A stretch of DNA of 56,883 nucleotides, taken from NCBI GenBank assembly GCA_038230375.1, contig JBBRNJ010000060.1:1-56883 (forward strand), written 5' to 3'. A program made the position numbers and the translations under genes. Positions 32,925 to 42,990 of this stretch are shown piece after piece (positions within the stretch are counted from its first letter, which is position 1; every line of letters starts with the position of its first letter). Source of the stretch: Polyangiales bacterium. Its GTDB lineage: Bacteria; Myxococcota_A; Polyangia; Polyangiales; Polyangiaceae. The notes under the pieces are model-generated. The model was not told the DNA's origin, made no database searches, and saw only the letters and a list, made by a program, of their open reading frames with translations.

Positions 32925-32969
32925 CTTCGACTTCGACCTCGACCTCGACCTCGACCTCTACCTCTACCT
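32925..32969. repeat. (CTCGAC/CTCTAC)n hexamer tract
   Basis: About seven units; the tract overlaps the crotonase TAG stop. Confidence 0.88.
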
Positions 32970-33743
32970 GCCCTTGAAATTCCCCGCTCTTCTCTCGATG
33001 AAGCTCTGAACGCCTTCCCTTGCGTCGTCGCTCGCCAGGATGGGCGCGAGATCGGGCAGCAGCCTTCTTGCGGCCTCCGCCTCGCCTTCCACGAACGTCG
33101 CTCGTGCGGATGCGATGGTGGCTCTCACGCCCATCGGCGCCTGCGCGGCCACCACCTCTGCGAGCGCAATGGCGCGTCCCATCAGCTGATCCGCGTCCAC
33201 GACCTCCTGCACGAGCCCGATGCGGAGCGCCTCCTCTGCTCCGAACTCGTCGCCGGTGAGGAGCCAGCGCATCGCGTTGCCCCAGCCGGTCTCGCGGGCG
33301 AAGCGGATGGTCGCTCCACCAACGGGATAGATGCCTCGCTTGATCTCGATTTGCGCAAAGCGGACGTCGCGACCGCACACGCGGATGTCGGTTGCGAGCA
33401 GCAGCTCGATGCCGATGGTGAAGCAGATGCCTCGCACTGCGCACACGACGGGCTTCTTGCGCGAGCCGTCCAGGTTCAGCGGGTCCACGCCGTCCTCCGG
33501 AATGGGGAATTTGCCCGCGTGGAAGTTCTGCGAGAACTCCGCCAGGTCCAGGCCGCCCGTGAAGTGCTCGCCGTGCGCGAAGAGTACGGCGCAGAACGTG
33601 TCATCGTCCTTCTCGTACGCGCCCAGCGCGCGAGAGAGGTCCTTGTACATCGCCGTGTCGAACGCGTTTCGCTTCTTCGCGCGGTCAATGCCTATGAGGG
33701 TGACGTGACCGCGCTTCTCGCTCGTGATCTTGCCTTCGGACAT
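32964..33743 (-). CDS. Crotonase/enoyl-CoA hydratase family protein
   Basis: DRAKKRNAF, FTGGLDL, FAQIEIKRGIYP.GG, EALRIGLVQEV. Confidence 0.95.
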   Translation of the reverse strand: MSEGKITSEKRGHVTLIGIDRAKKRNAFDTAMYKDLSRALGAYEKDDDTFCAVLFAHGEHFTGGLDLAEFSQNFHAGKFPIPEDGVDPLNLDGSRKKPVVCAVRGICFTIGIELLLATDIRVCGRDVRFAQIEIKRGIYPVGGATIRFARETGWGNAMRWLLTGDEFGAEEALRIGLVQEVVDADQLMGRAIALAEVVAAQAPMGVRATIASARATFVEGEAEAARRLLPDLAPILASDDAREGVQSFIERRAGNFKGR

Positions 33744-33753
33744 GCCGAAGGTT

Positions 33754-34614
33754 CTATCTCACGTCGTACTGAAGCTCCATGGGGCGCGCGTCGCGCATCA
33801 CCTTCAGCACGATGTGCGGCGCCAGACGGAGCTTCGCGTAGGCCTCCAGGCCGGCCTCGGGGCTGTTGAGATCGATGCCGTTGATCGCGTCGAGGCGGTC
33901 GCCCTCCTTCAGGCCCACCAGCCCGAGCACGGAGCCTTGCCGCAGGTGCGTGAGCTTCATGCCGCCCGTCTTGCCGCCGTCCGGGCCGATGCGCACGTCG
34001 CCCATCAGCTCCGCGGTGCTCGTGAGGATTCGCTCGAAGGTCGCGCGATCGATGTCGTACGACGTCGGCGACGTGGCGCGAATGCCGCGGGCGATCTCCG
34101 GGTCCACGGGCTTCGCGGCTCCCCTCGTCGCGGGCTGCGCGGGAAGGCGCGGCTGTGGTGGTGCCGCGTCGAGCGGCGTTGCGAGGTCCACGCGGCATAC
34201 TTGCCCTGTTGGATCCGCGAGCCACACCGTCTCGCGCCCCACGAACGCGACCTCACGGCCACCCAACCGCGCGCCCTTGCGTGCAAGCAGATGCTCGTCC
34301 TTCGTCTGCAGGGACGCGAACGACCAGTCGTTGTCGCTCGACTGCACGATCGCATGCACCGTGATCGCGCCACACGCGGCTGGCGGCCCGGACGGTGACA
34401 CGGCCGTTGGCGCGAGCACCGGCCGCGTGCTGTCGAAGGGATTGCGCTCGATGATCGGCGCGGCGGTCCTTGGGGGCGGAGGCGCTGGCGCAGTTGCTGG
34501 CGACGCCGGAACGATCTGCGCGGTGACCTGCTCCAGCAACGCAGCAAGCCCGTGCGCCGCTAACCCCACCGACGAGGCCACCGACACGATCACGGGAATG
34601 ACGATTGCGCGCAT
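33754..34614 (-). CDS. Type II secretion GspC-like protein with C-terminal PDZ domain
   Basis: N-terminal TM, IIERNPFDS, GLKEGDRLDAINGIDLNSPE. No other T2SS gene in the window. Confidence 0.8.
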   Translation of the reverse strand: MRAIVIPVIVSVASSVGLAAHGLAALLEQVTAQIVPASPATAPAPPPPRTAAPIIERNPFDSTRPVLAPTAVSPSGPPAACGAITVHAIVQSSDNDWSFASLQTKDEHLLARKGARLGGREVAFVGRETVWLADPTGQVCRVDLATPLDAAPPQPRLPAQPATRGAAKPVDPEIARGIRATSPTSYDIDRATFERILTSTAELMGDVRIGPDGGKTGGMKLTHLRQGSVLGLVGLKEGDRLDAINGIDLNSPEAGLEAYAKLRLAPHIVLKVMRDARPMELQYDVR

Positions 34615-34626
34615 GCACTGACCGTA

Positions 34627-34749
34627 GCTAGCCGCGTGCCAGGCGCGTTCATGCTGCAATTTGCAGGCGATCCGCGCTCGCCTCGCTGCGCGCGCGACAG
34701 GATGTCCGACGCTCGCGAGCGACGTGCTGCGAATCGTGACAGAGTGTCA
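34627..34749 (-). promoter_or_regulatory. Putative sigma54 promoter with tandem GACA-N3-TGTC boxes
   Basis: Minus strand TGGCACGCGGCTAGC (34641-34627); GACAGGATGTC (34696-34706) and TGACAGAGTGTCA (34737-34749). Confidence 0.55.
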
Positions 34750-34757
34750 GTCGACGC

Positions 34758-35012
34758 ATGAGTGCTGCTCCCCCCCGCGACCCGCTGCACGGCATCACGC
34801 TCGAGAAGATCGTCACGCGGCTCCACGACATGTACGGCTGGGAGGAGCTCGCGAAGGCTGTGCCCATTCGATGCTTCCAGTTCGACCCGAGCATCAAGTC
34901 GAGCCTCACGTTCTTGCGGCGCATGCCGTGGGCGCGCACACAGGTAGAGGCGCTCTACGTCCGCGCCTGGATCCCGCATGCCATGGAACGCGGCCTCGAC
35001 CCGAGCGGCTGA
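34758..35012 (+). CDS. VF530/DUF2132 family putative DNA-binding protein
   Basis: [11 protein letters not shown]...YGWEEL...[24 protein letters not shown]. Confidence 0.9.
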   Translation: MSAAPPRDPLHGITLEKIVTRLHDMYGWEELAKAVPIRCFQFDPSIKSSLTFLRRMPWARTQVEALYVRAWIPHAMERGLDPSG

Positions 35013-35032
35013 CCTGATGATATCCTGCGGCC

Positions 35033-35908
35033 ATGCAGGCTCTTCCCCGCCCCGCTTCCCAGGCTGCTCGCACCTCCACGATTCTCGTCGCGACGGCGGC
35101 GCTCGCGCTCTTCGGCTGCCCGAAGAAGAGCGGTGACGCCGCGGACGCGAGCGCAGAGGCCACCATCGCCGTCGTGGACGCAGGCCCGGAGGCCATGAAC
35201 GCCGACCAGATCACGCACTACCCGGACGAGCGCGCGATCGACCGCGAGTCCGCGACCGTGAAGACGGCCAAGACGAACGCGCAGAAGGCCGTGCCCAAGG
35301 GCGACGTCGTCGCCACCCTCAAGGCGGGCGACAGCGTCACGCAGGTGAGCGAGCACAACGGCTACTTCCTGGTCCTCTTTCCCGACCCCACCGATGCCAC
35401 GAAGAAGGTGGAGGGATGGGTCTCGAAGTTTGCGTTCATGGACGCGCCGGTGGCGCACAAGGCGAAGATCCCGACGTGTGGAGATGCGCTCCACCTGGTG
35501 AGCGACAAGGTGAGCCCGCTCAACCTGCGCTGCTCCAAGATCTGCGTGGACGATTCGGATTGCCCGAGCGGCAAGTGCGAGGCCGCGATCACGATCGACG
35601 AGAAGGGCAACCCGCGCAGCACCAACGGCACGCCGGAGGTGATGCCCGTGTGCAGCGTCCCCGTCGTGGTGAAGGAAGCGGGCGCCGCGAAGCCTGCGGC
35701 GGTGAGCGTGCCGAAGTGCGCTTCGGACGAGACCCTCTACGCCCAGAGCGAGCACGCCCCGATCTTCTGCTCCAAGGGAGCCAGCTGCTCGAAGGATGCA
35801 GACTGCAAGGGCAAGGGCGCCTGCATCGACGTCATGATCATGCAGGACGATGGAAATCCCGCGCGCACGATGCACGGCTCATTCATGGGCGACAAGATCT
35901 GCAAGTGA
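35033..35908 (+). CDS. Lipoprotein with SH3b-like and Cys-rich regions
   Basis: Lipobox LFGC; VATLKAGDSV...GWVSK; C..D.DC motifs. Confidence 0.72.
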   Translation: MQALPRPASQAARTSTILVATAALALFGCPKKSGDAADASAEATIAVVDAGPEAMNADQITHYPDERAIDRESATVKTAKTNAQKAVPKGDVVATLKAGDSVTQVSEHNGYFLVLFPDPTDATKKVEGWVSKFAFMDAPVAHKAKIPTCGDALHLVSDKVSPLNLRCSKICVDDSDCPSGKCEAAITIDEKGNPRSTNGTPEVMPVCSVPVVVKEAGAAKPAAVSVPKCASDETLYAQSEHAPIFCSKGASCSKDADCKGKGACIDVMIMQDDGNPARTMHGSFMGDKICK

Positions 35909-35944
35909 GCTGACGCTCGCCCGCATGCGTCACTGCGCGATCTT

Positions 35945-38521
35945 TCACTGCATGATCGGCAGATGCACGGCCTTGTCGGCCGCGTCGACGTACTCCGGTA
36001 TCTTGTCGAACTCGAGGTACTTGTAGACCTCCGTCGACTCGGCCTCGAGCTTCTGCGCGTAGGCCATGTACTCGTCGCGGGTGGGCAGACGCCCGAGCAT
36101 CGACGCGACCGCCGCGACCTCCGCCGAGGACAGGAACACGTTCGCGTCCCTGCCCAGACGGTTCGGGAAGTTTCGCGTGGAGGTCGACACCACGGTCGCG
36201 CCCGGCCTCACCTGCGCCTGGTTGCCCATGCACAGCGAGCAGCCCGGCATCTCCGTGCGCGCGCCCGCGCCCGCGAACTTGGAGTAGACGCCCTCTTCGA
36301 CAAGCTGCGCCTGATCCATGCGCGTGGGCGGCGCAATCCACAGCCGCGTGGGCACCTCCTTCGCGAACTTCGCGAGCAGGCTTCCGGCAGCGCGGAAATG
36401 GCCGATGTTCGTCATGCAGGAGCCAATGAAGACCTCGTCGACCTTGGTGCCTGCGACCTCCGACAGCTTCTTGATGTCGTCAGGATCGTTCGGGCACGCA
36501 AGCAGCGGATCCGTGATCTCCTCGAGCTTGATCTCGATGATCTTTGCGTACTCCGCGTCTGCATCGGGCTCCAGCAGGACGGGGTTCGCGAGCCACTCCT
36601 CCATCTTCTTCGCGCGACGCTCGATCGCCTTGGCGTCGTGGTAGCCGGCCGTGATCATCGAACGCAGGAGCACCACGTTGGAGCGCAGGTAGTCCGCGAC
36701 GGACTCCTTCGAGAGACGGATCGTGCAGCCCGCCGCGCTTCGCTCCGCCGTTGCATCGCTGAGCTCGAACGCCTGCTCCACGGTGAGGTTCGGGAGGCCT
36801 TCGATCTCGATGATGCGACCGTTGAAGACGTTCTTCTTGCCCTTCTTCGCGACGGTGAGATCGCCCGACTGCAGCGCAGCCCACGGGATGGCATTCACCA
36901 GATCGCGCAGCGTGATGCCCTGCTGCATCTTTCCCGAAAAGCGCACGAGCACGGACTCCGGCATGTCCAGCGGCATGATGCCGAGCGCCGCAGCGAACGC
37001 GACGAGCCCCGAGCCCGCGGGGAACGAGATGCCGAGCGGGAAGCGCGTGTGCGAGTCGCCGCCAGTGCCGACCTGGTCGGGCAAGAGCATGCGGTTCAGC
37101 CACGAGTGGATGATGCCGTCGCCTGCGCGCAGCGATATCCCGCCGCGCGTGGCCATGAAATCCGGCAGCGTCTTCTGCGTCTCGATGTCGACCTTCTTCG
37201 GATATGCGGCCGTGTGACAGAACGACTGCATGACCAGATCGGCCGAGAATTTCAGGCATGCGAGCTCCTTCAGCTCGTCGCGGGTCATGGGGCCCGTCGT
37301 GTCCTGCGATCCGACGGTGGCAGTGACTGGCTCACAGTAAGTGCCAGGCCGCACGCCTTTGACGCCGCACGCGCGGCCGACGACCTTCTGCGCGAGCGTG
37401 AAGCCCTTGCCGGTGTCCGGCGGCTGCACGGGCTCGCGGAACGCTTCGGACTTCGGCAGCCCGAGCTCCTGACGCGCGCGCGTGGTGACGCTGCGACCGA
37501 TGATGAGCGGTATGCGGCCGCCGGCCTGCACCTCGTCGAGCAGCACCTGGGTCTTCAGCTCGAACGTGGAGACCGTCTCGCCCTTGTCGTTCGTGATCTT
37601 GCCCTCGTACGGGAAGACGTTGATCACGTCGCCCATGGTGAGCTTGTTCACGTCGCACTCGATCGGGAGCGCGCCGGAGTCCTCCATGGTGTTGAAGAAG
37701 ATCGGCGCGATCTTGGTGCCCAGCACCAGGCCGCCGGAGCGCTTGTTCGGCACGTGCGGGATGTCGTCGCCCATGAACCACAGGACCGAGTTCGTGGCGG
37801 ACTTGCGCGACGAGCCCGTGCCGACCACGTCTCCCACGTAGGCGAGCGGGTTGCCCTTCTGTTTCAGCTGCGCCATCTGGCCGCGCGCGTTGGTGATGCC
37901 GTCGCGCGGGTTCTTGAGCATCGCATTCGCGTGCAGCGGGATGTCCGGGCGCGACCATGCGTCCGTCGCTGGCGAGAGGTCGTCCGTGTTGGTCTCCCCG
38001 GTGACCTTGAAGACCGTGACGGTGATCTTCTCCTTCACCTTCGGGCGGCTCGTGAACCACTCCGCGTTCGCCCACGACTGCAGCACTGCCTTCGCATTTT
38101 CGTTGCCGGACTTCGCCTTCTTCGCGATGTCGTCGAACGCGCCGAACACGAGCAGCGTGCGCGACAGCTCTTTTGCAGCCTGGGCGCCCAGGTCCGGCTC
38201 GTCCAGGAGCGCGACCAGCGGGTCCACGTTGAAGCCGCCGAGCATGGTGCCCAGGAGCTCCGTGGCCTGCAATTTCGAGATGAGCGGCGAGGTCTTCTTG
38301 CCTGTCGCGACGTCGGCAAGGAATGCGGCCTTCACCTCGGCCGCCTCGTCCACGCCTGCCGGGATCCGGTTCGAAAGGAGGTCCATGAGGAACGCGTCCT
38401 CGCCGGCGGGCGGAGCCTGCAGCAGCCCCACGAGGGCGGTCACCTGCGAGCTGGAGAGCGGGAACGGGACGATGCCCTCGGCTGCGCGCTTCGCGACGTG
38501 CTCACGGTATTCCTTCAACAT
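35945..38521 (-). CDS. acnB: Aconitate hydratase B
   Basis: [61 protein letters not shown]. Confidence 0.97.
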   Translation of the reverse strand: MLKEYREHVAKRAAEGIVPFPLSSSQVTALVGLLQAPPAGEDAFLMDLLSNRIPAGVDEAAEVKAAFLADVATGKKTSPLISKLQATELLGTMLGGFNVDPLVALLDEPDLGAQAAKELSRTLLVFGAFDDIAKKAKSGNENAKAVLQSWANAEWFTSRPKVKEKITVTVFKVTGETNTDDLSPATDAWSRPDIPLHANAMLKNPRDGITNARGQMAQLKQKGNPLAYVGDVVGTGSSRKSATNSVLWFMGDDIPHVPNKRSGGLVLGTKIAPIFFNTMEDSGALPIECDVNKLTMGDVINVFPYEGKITNDKGETVSTFELKTQVLLDEVQAGGRIPLIIGRSVTTRARQELGLPKSEAFREPVQPPDTGKGFTLAQKVVGRACGVKGVRPGTYCEPVTATVGSQDTTGPMTRDELKELACLKFSADLVMQSFCHTAAYPKKVDIETQKTLPDFMATRGGISLRAGDGIIHSWLNRMLLPDQVGTGGDSHTRFPLGISFPAGSGLVAFAAALGIMPLDMPESVLVRFSGKMQQGITLRDLVNAIPWAALQSGDLTVAKKGKKNVFNGRIIEIEGLPNLTVEQAFELSDATAERSAAGCTIRLSKESVADYLRSNVVLLRSMITAGYHDAKAIERRAKKMEEWLANPVLLEPDADAEYAKIIEIKLEEITDPLLACPNDPDDIKKLSEVAGTKVDEVFIGSCMTNIGHFRAAGSLLAKFAKEVPTRLWIAPPTRMDQAQLVEEGVYSKFAGAGARTEMPGCSLCMGNQAQVRPGATVVSTSTRNFPNRLGRDANVFLSSAEVAAVASMLGRLPTRDEYMAYAQKLEAESTEVYKYLEFDKIPEYVDAADKAVHLPIMQ

Positions 38522-38565
38522 CGTTCTCTCCTGCCTTCCACCACTCAACCTAGCGCACGCGCGTC

Positions 38566-38603
38566 ATGCACGAACATGGATAATCTTGATGCTATCCATG
38601 CAT
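38566..38603. promoter_or_regulatory. LysR-type operator upstream of acnB
   Basis: ATGC-TATCCAT-GCAT (38589-38603, T-N11-A); overlapping inverted repeat CATGGATA-N10-TATCCATG; degenerate second site from 38566. Confidence 0.62.
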
Positions 38604-38619
38604 TCACAGCATGACCTTG

Positions 38620-40383
38620 CTACGGCTTCTTCGGTGGCGTCGCTGGCGTGCCTGGACTGAAGATGATCGGGTAGACGACCGTGACGATGCCGCTCTCGGG
38701 CTGCGGGAACGACAGGTTCGAGAAGCCGCGCACGACGCAGCGCACCACCGCGTTGTCGGGTAGGTCGGAGCCGCCGTCGCCTGCGGTCTTCACGTTGCCG
38801 TTCTCGTCGATGACGAACTTGACGGAGACGCGGCCCTGGAGGCTCGGGTTCGTGCGCAGGCCGTTCTCGTAGCAGAGGCGGAACCGCCCGAAGTTCTGGC
38901 GCACGATGCGCTGGATCACCTCGGGCGGAAGGCGGCCGTTCACCTGCGTTGCGCCCTGTCGCAACGAGGCGTTGCTGTGCGGGTTGCCGAAGCCCTGCCC
39001 GGTGGGCCGTCCAGTGGTGCCGATATTGCCGAGGCCGATACCCTCGCCGCGCCCACCGGCACCGACGCCAACGCCGCTGAGGCCGAGACCACCCGCGCCG
39101 AACGAATCGCCGATGATACCTGCGCGAGCCCAGAGCGACGGCGGATCGAGCGCGTCGATGGCGTCTTGCTTGCCGACGACATGGTCGTTCGATGCCGTCC
39201 GCGGCGCCGTAGCTCTGGTGTCGGAGCTGCACGCAACCAGATCGCGGGTGGGCACGGCGAGCCGGTACCCAGCACGGAGGCGCATGATGCCCGCGGGGTC
39301 GACGACGAGGGTCGCGAGCTCGTCGGTCGTCGCGCCGACATGCAGGGGCTGGCCCGCGGGGATCTTCCCGACGACATAGCGCTCACGTGCGGCGCCCGAG
39401 GAGGCCTCCGCGACGACGCGCACGTCCGCGGTACACACGAGCGGCTTCGCCGCGTCTTCTGGCGGCGGCGGCGACTCGCCGCTGGAGAGGAGGCCGATCA
39501 TGCCGAACTCGGCGCCATCGAGCAGTGCGTTGACGCGCTCGTCCTTGGTCTTCTTCGGCGCGACGAGCAGCTTCGTGTCCACCCAGCCCGCGACGTGAGC
39601 TCTGCGGATGCGGGCCTGCGCGCCGCGCGTCTCGAGCAGGGTGACGGACTGCTGCGCGTCCGCTGCGTCGAACGTGCCTGCGACTGCGCCGCCTGGGTCC
39701 GCGGAGATCGGGACGGCCGTCTTCGGCTTCAAGTACATCAGCTTGGTCGCGCCCTTCGGCTGGAACGGTGCAGGCAGGTCGCGCGCGAGCGTGCCCGTCG
39801 CGTCCGTTTCGAGCGACGCGCTCGCGCACGAGAGGTCTGCGTTGCGGCTGCCCTCTGCGAGCGTGAACCCAGGGACGGGTTCGGCAGTGACCTGCAGCTT
39901 GTCGTCGTGCGCTTCCTTCACGCTCACCGCCGCGCTCGCGCCGGGGAAATACACGCCACCGAACGACAGCCAGGTCGACGCGCGCACGGTAGGCGCGCCG
40001 CGCACGAGCCCGCGCACCGTGAGCCCTGGGGTCGCGACCTCTGCAAACATCTCGCCAGCGGGCCCGACGGTGACCTTGGCCTTGCCCGCCGATATCGTCA
40101 TGAAGCCCGGTGCGTCCGCGCGACCTCCGAGGTCGAGCGCGTCTTCTCCGATCGCGCCGTCGATCGTGCAGACCGAGGGCGGAGCCGCGATCGCCGTGAG
40201 GCGCGCAGGTTCGGGCGGAAGCGGCGGCGGAGGCGGTGGCTGCGGAGCCGGCACGGTGACCAGCGTCGCCGGCGTCACGGGCTGAGAGAGCGGCGCCGGA
40301 TCGCCCCCGCACCCACATGCGACGAGCGCCATGCCGAGAAGAACGGTGCTTGCGGAGTGGGGCGTCTGGTGGCTGGTGCGCAT
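38620..40383 (-). CDS. Putative lipoprotein with AgmX/PglI (TonB-C-like) C-terminal domain
   Basis: LVAC lipobox; Gly-rich GGLGLSG..GEGIGLG; GRLPPEVIQRIVRQNFGRFRLCYE...GRVSVKFVI...FPQP. Confidence 0.85.
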   Translation of the reverse strand: MRTSHQTPHSASTVLLGMALVACGCGGDPAPLSQPVTPATLVTVPAPQPPPPPPLPPEPARLTAIAAPPSVCTIDGAIGEDALDLGGRADAPGFMTISAGKAKVTVGPAGEMFAEVATPGLTVRGLVRGAPTVRASTWLSFGGVYFPGASAAVSVKEAHDDKLQVTAEPVPGFTLAEGSRNADLSCASASLETDATGTLARDLPAPFQPKGATKLMYLKPKTAVPISADPGGAVAGTFDAADAQQSVTLLETRGAQARIRRAHVAGWVDTKLLVAPKKTKDERVNALLDGAEFGMIGLLSSGESPPPPEDAAKPLVCTADVRVVAEASSGAARERYVVGKIPAGQPLHVGATTDELATLVVDPAGIMRLRAGYRLAVPTRDLVACSSDTRATAPRTASNDHVVGKQDAIDALDPPSLWARAGIIGDSFGAGGLGLSGVGVGAGGRGEGIGLGNIGTTGRPTGQGFGNPHSNASLRQGATQVNGRLPPEVIQRIVRQNFGRFRLCYENGLRTNPSLQGRVSVKFVIDENGNVKTAGDGGSDLPDNAVVRCVVRGFSNLSFPQPESGIVTVVYPIIFSPGTPATPPKKP

Positions 40384-40390
40384 GGTGGCG

Positions 40391-40864
40391 TCAGGCTCGG
40401 CGTTGCTTCAGGGCGACGACGGCAAGGAAGGCGAGCTCCGCCGGAATGTCAGCGGTGAAGGTCACGCGCCAGTGATCGGCGCTGAAGAAGTGCTTCTCGG
40501 CCTCGATGAGCATCAGCGTCTTGCCCGCCGCGTCATGGCACGCCCACGACGACTCGGTGACGTTCTCCTCGACCTTGTAATCGGTCCCTTTCAGCGTCAG
40601 CGTGAAGCTCTTCTTCACGGAGACCCATGCGAACGACAGCTCCGCGATCTTCTCGTCCGACGCGCCCGTGATCTCGAACTTCGTCTGCGCGACGTTGTGG
40701 TCCATCGCCGCGAGCGCCTTGTCTCCCTGACGCACGACCAGCTTCGACGACCCCACCTTGAGTGTGGCGTTGAACAGCACGGCGGTCGCAATACCACTGG
40801 GGCCCTCGACCAGGTCGCGGGCCTCGTAGTCCATTCCGTTCTCCACAACCTCGAACTTGTTCAT
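40391..40864 (-). CDS. Hypothetical protein, possibly LURP-one/Tubby C-like
   Basis: Beta-rich pattern with terminal hydrophobic helix (AFLAVVAL); AAGGGAG RBS. Confidence 0.6.
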   Translation of the reverse strand: MNKFEVVENGMDYEARDLVEGPSGIATAVLFNATLKVGSSKLVVRQGDKALAAMDHNVAQTKFEITGASDEKIAELSFAWVSVKKSFTLTLKGTDYKVEENVTESSWACHDAAGKTLMLIEAEKHFFSADHWRVTFTADIPAELAFLAVVALKQRRA

Positions 40865-40948
40865 GCTGGCACTCCCTTCGGTACCCAGCATAGCGCTTCA
40901 CTGCTCCGTTCCGTGGTCGGCTTCGCGGCTGTGAAGTAGGATGCGGCC

Positions 40949-41938
40949 ATGCGGGCCCTTCTGACCACGACCGTGCTGCTTTCGTTCACGACCTGCCTGC
41001 TTGCCTGCAACAGCGTGAAAGGCAGCTGCGATCGGCGCGCCGACAACCACACGTGCGAGGAGATCCTTGCATCCACCATCAAGGGCAGCGCCCAGAGCAA
41101 CTGTCCGGACGATCCCATCAGTCACGTGAAGGGGACGTGGGCCGCGGGGCCGTGCGACCACAAGGACGCTATCGCCGCCTGCCAGGACAACCTGTCGCGG
41201 ACCTGGTACTACCCGGGCGGCAGCGTGCAGAAGCCCGCCCATGTGGCGAAGCGCTGCTCCGACAGCAGCGGCAAGCTGCTCGACGCGAACGGGAAAGCGC
41301 TCAAGGACGTCGTGCCGGAAGAGGCCGGGCCCGAATCGGACGACAAGCTCATCGCACTGGTGAAGTCGATGGGCGCGCCGTTGGAGTCGAGGGTCGCAGC
41401 GATGGAGAAGCTCCGGCTGCCCACCGCGCCGCACGGCCCGGTCCACGCCGGCGCTGGCAAGCACATCACGGCGCATGCCGCGGTCGTGGACGATGGCGAC
41501 GTCATCTCCCTCACGGACCTGGACTCTCATCAGAGCCCGTTTCCGATGCCGGATGGTGAGCAGCTGCGCGTCTGCGCCGCCGCGGTCCGCAAGAGCAAGA
41601 TGGGGGAGCGCGACCCGAAGAAGCAGAAGGAGATACTCACGTGGTGCTCCACGCTCGAGTACCTCCTCATCGTGCGAACGGCGCACATGGACTTTCCCAA
41701 GGGCTACAACGGCCTGAACTTCGAGGGTGGCACCGTCAAGGGCGACGTGCTCGTGTACGAGCTCCCGAGCGGCAAGGCGCTGGGCGGATACGCGTTCCAC
41801 GCGGAGAGCAGCAAGACGGTACAGTCAGACGCGATCGACAGCGATTTCGCCACGAACTACCAGCAGGCGCTCATGGAGGGGCTGGCGAAGTCGGACCACG
41901 GCTCGTCGCTGAAGATCACGATCACCCCGAAGCACTGA
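40949..41938 (+). CDS. Hypothetical lipoprotein
   Basis: Lipobox LLAC; Cys-rich N-terminal domain; strong GC3 bias. Confidence 0.75.
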   Translation: MRALLTTTVLLSFTTCLLACNSVKGSCDRRADNHTCEEILASTIKGSAQSNCPDDPISHVKGTWAAGPCDHKDAIAACQDNLSRTWYYPGGSVQKPAHVAKRCSDSSGKLLDANGKALKDVVPEEAGPESDDKLIALVKSMGAPLESRVAAMEKLRLPTAPHGPVHAGAGKHITAHAAVVDDGDVISLTDLDSHQSPFPMPDGEQLRVCAAAVRKSKMGERDPKKQKEILTWCSTLEYLLIVRTAHMDFPKGYNGLNFEGGTVKGDVLVYELPSGKALGGYAFHAESSKTVQSDAIDSDFATNYQQALMEGLAKSDHGSSLKITITPKH

Positions 41939-42054
41939 CGACTTCGACTTCGACCTCGACCTCGACCTCAACCTCGACCTCGACCTCGACATCACCTCGA
42001 CATCACCTCGACCTCGACCTCGACCTCGATCTCGACATCACCTCGACCTCGACC
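41939..42054. repeat. (CTCGAC)n tract with ATCAC interruptions
   Basis: About 115 nt starting right after the lipoprotein stop codon. Confidence 0.92.
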
Positions 42055-42083
42055 ATGCGCGAATAATGGGTCCTTTTGCTTCT

Positions 42084-42104
42084 TCCATGCGTATGCTGCA
42101 TGGA
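42084..42104. promoter_or_regulatory. LysR autoregulatory box
   Basis: TCCATGC-GTATGCT-GCATGGA, a perfect 7-bp inverted repeat (T-N11-A) touching the ATG. Confidence 0.7.
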
Positions 42105-42970
42105 TGGATCTGGTCCTCTTGCAGTCCCTCCTTGCGGTGGCTCACCATCGTGCGGTGACGTCCGCGGCGCGCGCGCTCTTCGTCACGCAGCCTGCGCTCT
42201 CGCGACGGCTTCAGCAACTCGAGGAGGAGCTGGGCAAGAAGCTCTTCGTCCGCAGCCGCAGTGGTGTGCAGCTGACGGAGGCCGGGCGTATCGCCACGGA
42301 GGAGGCGCGCGCTATCGTGGAGCGCTACGGCCGTATCAAGGAGCTCATTCGCGCGCAGGAGAGCCTGGAGACGGGCATCGTGCGCCTGGGTGGTGGGGCC
42401 ACTGCCGTCTCGTTCCTTGTCCCGAAGGCCATCGCAGCTTTCCAGAAGCAGCACCCCGGCGTGCGCTTCGAGGTGCTGGAGCAAGGCAGCCGCGAGGTGG
42501 AGGCGGACGTCTTGGCGGAGCGCATCGACCTTGGCATCGTGACGTTGCCGCTCCACTCGCGCGAGTTCGTCGTTCGGCAGCTCGCGCAGGACAAGATCGT
42601 CCTGGTCGCATCCACGTCGCATCCGCTCGCGAAGAAGAAGCGCGTGGAGGTGAGCGACCTCGCGGGCCAGGGGCTGGTCGGCTTCCAGGCCGGGAGCGCG
42701 ATCCGTCAGCTCATAGACGCGAAGCTGCGCGACGCGGGCGTATCGATGAACGTGCAGATGGAGCTGCGTTCCATTGCCGCGATCCTGGGCATGGTCGCGA
42801 GCACCCAGAACCTGGCCTTCGTGAGCCGCCTGGGCGTCTCCGCGCGCGACGCCGACATCCGCGTGATCGACGTTCGCGGCCTCACGATCCAGCGGCGCCT
42901 TGGCGTGGTGAGCAAGCTCGGAAGGCCGCTTTCGGCCGCAGCGCGCGCGTTCTCGCCATTCCTGGGCTGA
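42104..42970 (+). CDS. LysR-family transcriptional regulator
   Basis: TSAARALFVTQPALSRRLQQLEEELGKKLFVR HTH followed by a substrate-binding domain. Confidence 0.95.
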   Translation: MDLVLLQSLLAVAHHRAVTSAARALFVTQPALSRRLQQLEEELGKKLFVRSRSGVQLTEAGRIATEEARAIVERYGRIKELIRAQESLETGIVRLGGGATAVSFLVPKAIAAFQKQHPGVRFEVLEQGSREVEADVLAERIDLGIVTLPLHSREFVVRQLAQDKIVLVASTSHPLAKKKRVEVSDLAGQGLVGFQAGSAIRQLIDAKLRDAGVSMNVQMELRSIAAILGMVASTQNLAFVSRLGVSARDADIRVIDVRGLTIQRRLGVVSKLGRPLSAAARAFSPFLG

Positions 42971-42990
42971 GCGCTGTATCCTTGTCCGCC

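Noticed and set aside
35963..38614. 883-aa ORF antisense to acnB, and similar long antisense ORFs (15871..17886, 12214..14370, 50590..52101)
   Set aside because: Stop-poor shadow frames typical of high-GC coding DNA, with no protein motifs.
41939..42054. Repeat tracts here and at 32015 and 32925 as CRISPR arrays
   Set aside because: They are 6-12 nt tandem units with no unique spacers, and no cas genes are present.
42076..42990. 504-aa fusion ORF ending in the HD domain
   Set aside because: The upstream part is an alternative frame of the LysR gene; the HD protein starts at 42991.
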